From the NCBI GenBank assembly GCA_963754925.1, contig CAVWHX010000004.1, forward strand, positions 1,376,001 through 1,440,000: a stretch of 64,000 nucleotides of DNA, in the 5' to 3' direction. The stretch comes from an uncultured delta proteobacterium. GTDB lineage: Bacteria; Myxococcota; B64-G9. Every line of letters begins with the position of its first letter. Within the stretch, counting starts at the first letter, position 1. The notes below the pieces were generated by a model, which saw nothing but the letters and a program-made list of their open reading frames with translations, searched no databases and was not told the origin of the DNA. Positions 57,673 through 64,000 of the stretch are shown piece after piece. Position numbers and translations under genes: made by a program.

Positions 57673-58397
57673 ACGAATCGGCGCTTGCCTTTCATGACGT
57701 CAGTGTTCGCTACGAGCCGGGCGAGGAGGCGACCGTGGCGGGCATATCGTTCTCGGTGGCAGCTGGGGAGCGCGTCGCGTTGGTTGGGCTCAATGGGTCG
57801 GGCAAGACGACTATTCTAATGACCGCGGTCGGTCTCGTCCCGCACCAGGGTGAGATCCGGGTCGGCGGTGTTGTGCTTACGCGCAAGACACTATCACCAA
57901 TCCGAGACCGAATCGGGTTTCTTTTCAACGTCCCCGAGGATCAGCTCCTCTTCTCGCGGGTGGTTGACGATGTTGAATTCGGCCTTCTACGCAGGGGTCG
58001 GTCCTCGTCCGAAGCAACGGCGAAAGCCGTGCAGACCCTCGATGAACTGGGGGTCGCACACCTCGCCGAATCTCCGCTCCACCACCTTTCGCACGGACAA
58101 AAGCAGCGGGTGGCCCTTGCCGGGGCACTCGCCGCGGACCCGCACTTGCTACTCCTCGATGAACCATCTGCGGGGCTTGACCCACCGGGTAAGCGCGTTC
58201 TCGCCCGGCTTCTCGAACGACCTGGCGCAGCGATGCTGGTCGCTACGCACGACCTCGACTTTGCTGCACGGGTGTGCAAGCGGTTTATCATGCTCGATCA
58301 AGGCCATATCGTCTTCGACGGTGCAGATACCGCAACGGTGCTTCAACGCTGGGAGATGGGCGAGCCAACGCTCGCGAATAGGAATATGTCTTTTTAA
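57669..58397 (+). CDS. ECF transporter ATPase
   Basis: GLNGSGKT, PEDQL, LSHGQKQR, LDEP, ATHD; 4-nt overlap with the T component. Confidence 0.9.
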   Translation: MNESALAFHDVSVRYEPGEEATVAGISFSVAAGERVALVGLNGSGKTTILMTAVGLVPHQGEIRVGGVVLTRKTLSPIRDRIGFLFNVPEDQLLFSRVVDDVEFGLLRRGRSSSEATAKAVQTLDELGVAHLAESPLHHLSHGQKQRVALAGALAADPHLLLLDEPSAGLDPPGKRVLARLLERPGAAMLVATHDLDFAARVCKRFIMLDQGHIVFDGADTATVLQRWEMGEPTLANRNMSF

Positions 58398-58435
58398 TAA
58401 GCCCTATCACCACTTTCTACAATGTTGTTCAGCTC

Positions 58436-59404
58436 CTAAATCCCGCCGCCTTCGGTGAAGCGCTCTTCTTGCACTTGCGCTTGGGTGATGCGGGAGCCGG
58501 GCGGGACGCTGCGGGTGAGCCAGACATTGCCGCCGATGCTAGAACCCGCGCCGATAGTTACCCGACCGAGGATGGTGGCGCCGGCATAGATGATCACGTC
58601 GTCTTCGACCTGGGGGTGACGCGGTATACCCTTCACCAGGTGGCCTTGATCGTCGAGCGCAAAGCTTTTGGCGCCAAGGGTCACGCCCTGATAGAGCCGC
58701 ACCCGCTTCCCGATCACCGCCGTTTCGCCGATCACGACGCCGGTGCCGTGATCGATGAAAAAGAACTCCCCGATCTTCGCTCCGGGATGAATATCGATAC
58801 CCGTGGTGCTGTGGGCATGCTCGGTGATGATGCGTGGAATCAGCGGCACTCCAAGAACATGCAGCTCATGGGCCAAGCGATAGTTGGTGATGGCCAGAAT
58901 TCCCGGGTAACAGAAGATGGCCTCACTCGGCGAGGTGGCGGCCGGGTCGCCCTCGTAGGCTGCCTGCACGTCGGTAACCAGGAGCTGGCGCACCTCCGGC
59001 AGGCCATGCATGAAACGGCAGATAATCTCCGTGGCGCGAGCGTCGCATTCTGGGCAATGGGTTGGATCTTCCCCACAGACAAAGCAAAGCCCGCGCTTAA
59101 CCTGCTCGTTGAGGCTATTTTGAATGCCATCAAGGGTGGCGCCGACATAAAAACGCATGGTCTCGTCGTTTATGTCGGGAGGGCCGAAGTAACCAGGAAA
59201 CAGCACCTCGCGCAGCATCTCGATGATCCGGACGATCTCGTCACGCGAAGGCAGCATTTGTTTTCTAAGGCCCTGAAGGTCGCGCCGGCTCAGACCGTTC
59301 TGCGAGGAGCACAGATCCTCAACTACCGGGGTCAACAACGGAAAATGCGGTTTGGGATGCGCGCACACCAAATCTTCTGGTTTCGTGGAGTCAATCTCTT
59401 TCAT
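58436..59404 (-). CDS. cysE: Serine O-acetyltransferase
   Basis: GDPAA, YPG, TGIDIHPGAKIG, FIDHGTGVVIGET, YQGVTLGA, RHP. Confidence 0.94.
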   Translation of the reverse strand: MKEIDSTKPEDLVCAHPKPHFPLLTPVVEDLCSSQNGLSRRDLQGLRKQMLPSRDEIVRIIEMLREVLFPGYFGPPDINDETMRFYVGATLDGIQNSLNEQVKRGLCFVCGEDPTHCPECDARATEIICRFMHGLPEVRQLLVTDVQAAYEGDPAATSPSEAIFCYPGILAITNYRLAHELHVLGVPLIPRIITEHAHSTTGIDIHPGAKIGEFFFIDHGTGVVIGETAVIGKRVRLYQGVTLGAKSFALDDQGHLVKGIPRHPQVEDDVIIYAGATILGRVTIGAGSSIGGNVWLTRSVPPGSRITQAQVQEERFTEGGGI

Positions 59405-59632
59405 GGTATTCTCCCTGCTCAATTCCAAGAAAACTCCTAATATAAAACATGTTGCGCTGATTCTCGCAAGTCATAGATGGGCGCAAAAAATATCTCTTGA
59501 TCTATGAGAAAAACAACGCTACACAAAGACGCGCATCTTAGTGATTGACACAAGAGTCAAAAATCTGTAAGGGAGAAATGAGTGGGAGTATTTTTGTACA
59601 CATGATACCCAGCCTCTGAAGGGAGTGAACGG

Positions 59633-61455
59633 ATGAATGTGAGTCTCCAAAAGACGATCCAGGAGATCGCAACCAAGGTCGGTTCCGACCGTACCCGCAT
59701 GATGGATGTGGTGCGTGAGGTCCAAGCCCGTCACGGGTGTGTCTCGAACGAGGCGCTGGACCTTGTCGCGAACGCTCTCAAAACGCAGCGGGTCGAGGTT
59801 GAGGGCGTGGTGAGCTTCTACGCCTTTCTCTCGACCTTGCCCAAGGGCAAGACGGTCATTCGGATGACCAATTGCGTCACCTGCCGCATGCGCGGAGCCG
59901 ACCGGGTGGCCGAGGCATTCGAAAAAGAGTTGGGCCTCAAGTTTGGCCAGACCTCGGCCGACGGAAAAATAACCCTGGAGCACGCTCCCTGCATGGGATT
60001 GTGCGATCAAGGCCCGGCCGCGCTGGTCAACGAGGTTCCGGTGACCTACCTGTCCACCGATAAGGTCAGCGAAATCGTCCGGACCATTAAAACGGCCGAA
60101 GAATCGCATAAACTCGTCTATACGGTCGGCGAGGGCCAGAACGCATCCGATCTCGTTCACTCGATGGTGATCAACAACATCCGACGCAAGGGCGAAGTGA
60201 TTTTTGCGCCTATGACGGTCGGGGCTGCTATCCAAAAAGCGGTGGCGATGAGCCCGGTCGAGGTGATCCGTTCTGATTAAGACCGCCCGCTTGCGTGGCC
60301 GCGGCGGCGCCGGATTCCCGACCGGTATGAAGTGGGAGTTTGCCCGTAATGCTGAAGGCAAACGGAAGATGGTCATTTGCAACGCCGATGAGGGCGAGCC
60401 GGGTACCTTCAAGGATCGCGTGATTTTGACTGAAGCCGCGGACATGCTTTTTGAAGGCATGACCATTGCTGGCTATGCGATCGGCGCCGAGGAGGGCATA
60501 CTGTATCTCCGGGGCGAGTACGAATACCTGCGGAAATATCTCGAGCATGTGTTGGCCGAGCGCCGGAAGAAGAATCTGCTCGGTAACGGCATTGCCGGCA
60601 AAGCGGGCTTCACGTTTAACATTCGCCTGCAGATGGGCGCGGGCGCTTATGTGTGCGGCGAGGAATCGGCCCTCATTCGCTCGTGTGAAGGAGCCCGCGG
60701 AGCCCCGCGCGATCGGCCGCCGTTCCCGGTTGAGCGCGGCTATCTCAATCTACCGACCTCGGTCAACAACGTCGAAACCTTCTGCTGCGCGGCACGGGTG
60801 TTGGAAAAAGGGGCGCCGTGGTTTTCTCAAATCGGGACGAAGGACAGCACCGGCACCAAGCTGTTCAGCGTCAGCGGCGACTGCCAGGCGCCGGGCATCT
60901 ATGAGGTTCCCTTTGGCCTCACGGTGCAAGAATTCCTCAAACTGGTCGGCGGCGACAATGCCATCGCGGTCCAAGTTGGTGGTCCGTCGGGGAGCTGCAT
61001 CGGTCCGAATATGTTCGAGCGCAGATTAGCGTTTGAGGATCTGGCCACCGGCGGTTCGATGGTGGTTATTGGTTCTGGTCGTGACTTGTTGGCGATTGCC
61101 TCCGAGTTCATGGAATTCTTTATCGATGAGAGCTGCGGGTGGTGTGTAGCCGTGCCGGGTGGGCAATGGATTGATAAAAGAACGTCTCGATCGCATTCGG
61201 GCTGGCAAGGGCGTAGCCGAAGACCTAACCTATCTTGATGAGCTGTGCACCATGGTGAAAAAGATGAGTCGGTGTGGCTTGGGCCAGACCTCTCCCAACC
61301 CCGTGCAATCTACCTTGCAGAACTTCCGCAAACTCTATGAAGCGCGACTGCAAAAAGCGGCCGTGCCCGGCCAACGGGTCAACTTTGATCTCAAGGCGGC
61401 GCTGCAGGATGCGATTACGGTCCAGGGCCGACAGCCGGTCCAGCACCAGGATTAG
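59633..61455 (+). CDS. hoxF: NAD-reducing hydrogenase diaphorase subunit HoxF (NuoE-NuoF fusion), +1 frameshifts at ~60271 and ~61149
   Basis: VSFY NuoE-like N-terminus; LRGRGGAGFPTG, CNADEGEPGTFKDR, GAGAYVCGEESAL, SCGWCVPCR...RCGLG once single extra bases are removed. Confidence 0.9.
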
Positions 61456-61468
61456 GAAAGGGCACACT

Positions 61469-62194
61469 ATGACAGAACTGGTAACCTTCACCATCGATGG
61501 CACAGAGATCAAGGCCCCGAAAGGCCAGACCATTCTCCAAGCCGCCGACGAGATGGGTATGTACATTCCCCGCTTGTGCTTCCTTAAAAACGTCAGTCCG
61601 GGCGGGCACTGCCGGGTGTGTACGGTATTGGTCAACGGCCGCCCGCAGTCGGCCTGCACCCATCCGGTAGGCGAGGGATTGGTGGTTGTGGCCGACACGC
61701 CCGAGCTCGCCAACTGGCGCAAGAGCTTGATAGAACTTCTCTTTGTCGAGGGCAATCATTATTGTATGTTTTGCGAAAAGAGCGGCAACTGTGAGCTCCA
61801 GGCTATGGGCTACCGCTTCGGCATGATGTCCCCGCGCTATCCGTATCAATTCCCCAAGCGCGACGTCGACGCCACCCATCCGGATGTGATGATTGATCAC
61901 AATCGCTGCATCCTGTGTGGCCGCTGCGTTCGTACCTCGCAAGAAAAGGACAACAAAGGCATTTTCCAGTTTATCAACCGCGGACACCGTACCAAGGTGG
62001 GAGTAAACTCGGCGGCCTTGTTGGGCGGCACTGGTCTGAAAGTCACCGACGAGGCGGTCAAGGCCTGCCCGGTGGGCGCCATCCTGCGAAAGCGGGTAGG
62101 ATTCGCCGTTCCCGTGGGTAAGCGACTCTATGACACGCAACCGATCGGATCGGATATCGAAACCAAAGGCCGCGCCGCGGCACAGGGCAAGTGA
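61469..62194 (+). CDS. hoxU: Diaphorase Fe-S subunit HoxU
   Basis: IPRLC...HCRVC, HYCMFCEKSGNCELQ, RCILCGRCVR, ACPVGA. Confidence 0.92.
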   Translation: MTELVTFTIDGTEIKAPKGQTILQAADEMGMYIPRLCFLKNVSPGGHCRVCTVLVNGRPQSACTHPVGEGLVVVADTPELANWRKSLIELLFVEGNHYCMFCEKSGNCELQAMGYRFGMMSPRYPYQFPKRDVDATHPDVMIDHNRCILCGRCVRTSQEKDNKGIFQFINRGHRTKVGVNSAALLGGTGLKVTDEAVKACPVGAILRKRVGFAVPVGKRLYDTQPIGSDIETKGRAAAQGK

Positions 62195-62207
62195 GGTTAG
62201 AACACCC

Positions 62208-62894
62208 ATGTCAAAAATAAATAAAACATCCGAGGAGAAAACGACTCAAACAGTCAAGCGCGCCTCCTGCGGTTTTAGAAATCGAGTGAAGGCTATGCCT
62301 GGTGTACGGGCATATTTTTCGGCCCAAGCGGCGCCAGCCAAGCCGCAGGCCGCCAAGCCGAAAATCGCTACGGCGTCGCTGGCTGGTTGCTTCGGCTGCC
62401 ATATGTCGCTGCTTGATATTGACGATCGAATTCTAAAAGTGATCGAGTTGGTCGACTTTGACAAGTCCCCGGTTGATGACATCAAGAAGTTCTCGAGCCA
62501 CTGCTTGGTTGGTTTGATCGAAGGCGGCTGCTGCAATGAAGAAAACGTTAAGGTGCTGCAGGACTTCCGTAAGAACTGCGATGTGTTAGTTGCCGTGGGC
62601 GATTGCGCCATCATGGGCGGGATTCCGGCGCTGCGCAACGGTATTCCTCTCAAAGAATGCATGCGCGAAGCATACTTGAACGGCCCAACGGTGTATAACG
62701 AAAGCGGTCGGATACCCAACGATCCCGAGTTGCCGTTGATTCTTGATCAGGTTTATCCGCTTCACGAGATAGTCAAGATCGATGTTTTCCTTCCGGGTTG
62801 CCCGCCTTCGGCTGATACTATTTGGGAGGCGTTGCTTGCGCTGTTGAACAATAAGCCGCTGCAGCTGCCCTACAATTTACTCAAATACGACTAA
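62208..62894 (+). CDS. hoxY: NiFe hydrogenase small subunit HoxY
   Basis: SLAGCFGCHMS, VGDCA, LPGCPP; start uncertain (62208 or 62295). Confidence 0.92.
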   Translation: MSKINKTSEEKTTQTVKRASCGFRNRVKAMPGVRAYFSAQAAPAKPQAAKPKIATASLAGCFGCHMSLLDIDDRILKVIELVDFDKSPVDDIKKFSSHCLVGLIEGGCCNEENVKVLQDFRKNCDVLVAVGDCAIMGGIPALRNGIPLKECMREAYLNGPTVYNESGRIPNDPELPLILDQVYPLHEIVKIDVFLPGCPPSADTIWEALLALLNNKPLQLPYNLLKYD

Positions 62895-62918
62895 CGCATC
62901 CTTACGCAGGAGTATGAC

Positions 62919-64000
62919 GTGAGCACAATTAATACCGAACTGAAGAGAGTAGTAATCGAGCCGGTTACTCGAGTGGAGGGCCACGGTAAGGTGACGCTCC
63001 TCTTGGACGATGAGAACCATGTCCAGCAGGCGCGCTTCCATGTCGTTGAATTCCGTGGTTTTGAGCGTTTTGCGCAGGGCCGTCCCTACTGGGAAATGCC
63101 GGTGTTGGTGGAACGGCTGTGCGGTATCTGTCCGGTCAGCCATCATTTGGCTTCGGCCAAAGCGGTGGATATCATTGCGGGCGCGCCACAACTGACCCCG
63201 ACCGCCGAGAAAATGCGACGGCTCATGCATTACGGCCAATTCTACCAATCGCACGCTTTGCACTTTTTCCATCTGGTGTCGCCTGATTTGTTGCTGGGAT
63301 TTGATGCCGACCCAAAGATTCGCAATGTGATTGGCGTGGCGCTGAAATATCCGGAACTTGCGGTGCAGGGTGTGATGATGCGCAAATGGGGGCAGGAGAT
63401 TATCAAGGCGACGGCCGGCAAGAAGATCCACGGCACGGGCGCGATACCGGGCGGCATCAACAAGAACCTTTCCATCGAGGAGCGCGACTTCCTGCTCAAG
63501 GACATGGATCAGATGATGAAATGGGCGGTTTCTGCCCTGGAGCTTTGTAAGAAGTACACCAAAGAGCATCTCAAAGAGCTCGCGGATTTCGGCTCCTTCC
63601 CATCCAACCATCTCAGCTTAGTACGCAAGGATGGCGCGCTCGATATATACGATGGCAACCTGCGGGCGATTGACGCCAATGGTAATAAGATTTTCGATCA
63701 GGTGCCCCCCAAAGACTATCTCAACTTCATTCATGAAGAAGTCCGCAACTGGTCGTACATGAAGTTTCCCTTCATCCGTTCGGTTGGACCAAAAGATGGT
63801 TGGTATCGGGTTGGGCCGCTGGCGCGCATTAACACCTGCGACTTTATCGATACCCCGCTCGCCGAGAAAGAGCGTCAGGAGTTCAAGGCTCTCAGCAACG
63901 GCAAACCGAACAACATCACCATGGCGTATCACTGGGCGCGGTTGATAGAACTGCTTCATGCGGCCGAGAAGATACAGCAGCTGCTCAACGACCGAGATCT
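62919..64000 (+). CDS. hoxH: NiFe hydrogenase large subunit HoxH, 3'-truncated by window edge
   Basis: Manual translation from GTG after AGGAG: IEPVTRVEGHGK, EFRGFE, RLCGICPVSH L1 motif, SHALHFFHL, YRVGPLAR. Confidence 0.93.
   Translation, partial: MSTINTELKRVVIEPVTRVEGHGKVTLLLDDENHVQQARFHVVEFRGFERFAQGRPYWEMPVLVERLCGICPVSHHLASAKAVDIIAGAPQLTPTAEKMRRLMHYGQFYQSHALHFFHLVSPDLLLGFDADPKIRNVIGVALKYPELAVQGVMMRKWGQEIIKATAGKKIHGTGAIPGGINKNLSIEERDFLLKDMDQMMKWAVSALELCKKYTKEHLKELADFGSFPSNHLSLVRKDGALDIYDGNLRAIDANGNKIFDQVPPKDYLNFIHEEVRNWSYMKFPFIRSVGPKDGWYRVGPLARINTCDFIDTPLAEKERQEFKALSNGKPNNITMAYHWARLIELLHAAEKIQQLLNDRD

Noticed and set aside
60265..60295. Separate hoxE and hoxF genes, or a programmed frameshift
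   Set aside because: Removing one T gives continuous EVIRLIKTARLRGRGG as in fused HoxF; there is no slippery site or RBS for the second part

Overview
Chromosomal window from an anaerobic Deltaproteobacteria/Myxococcota-like bacterium; taxonomy is inferred from gene content only. Housekeeping genes include rpe, rsmB, rsmE, purF, HU, recR-ybaB-dnaX, SRP RNA, five tRNAs, tadA, tcdA, tatD, lepA, hemW, thiL and cysE. Anaerobic metabolism genes include an archaeal-type homocysteine synthesis cluster, hdrA with a CCG Fe-S partner, and a HoxFUYH NAD-reducing NiFe hydrogenase. There is also a Myxococcus-type pomY-pomZ-pomX division-site operon, a small Dam plus nuclease island, and a DUF559 gene boxed by 43-45 bp inverted repeats. 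A divergent nickel locus carries two NikR-like boxes, nikMN-Q-O, a 39%-His protein missed by the ORF track, and an operon of two Cys-rich lipoproteins, a TonB-dependent receptor, an ECF transporter and a methyltransferase. Intergenic DNA holds several palindromic repeat families. The most striking is a ~55-nt element with covarying stems that sits inside copies of itself and inside other repeats. Two candidate structured ncRNAs are present. Several genes carry single-base frameshifts that look like sequencing or assembly errors. All family calls come from motif recognition; no searches were run.
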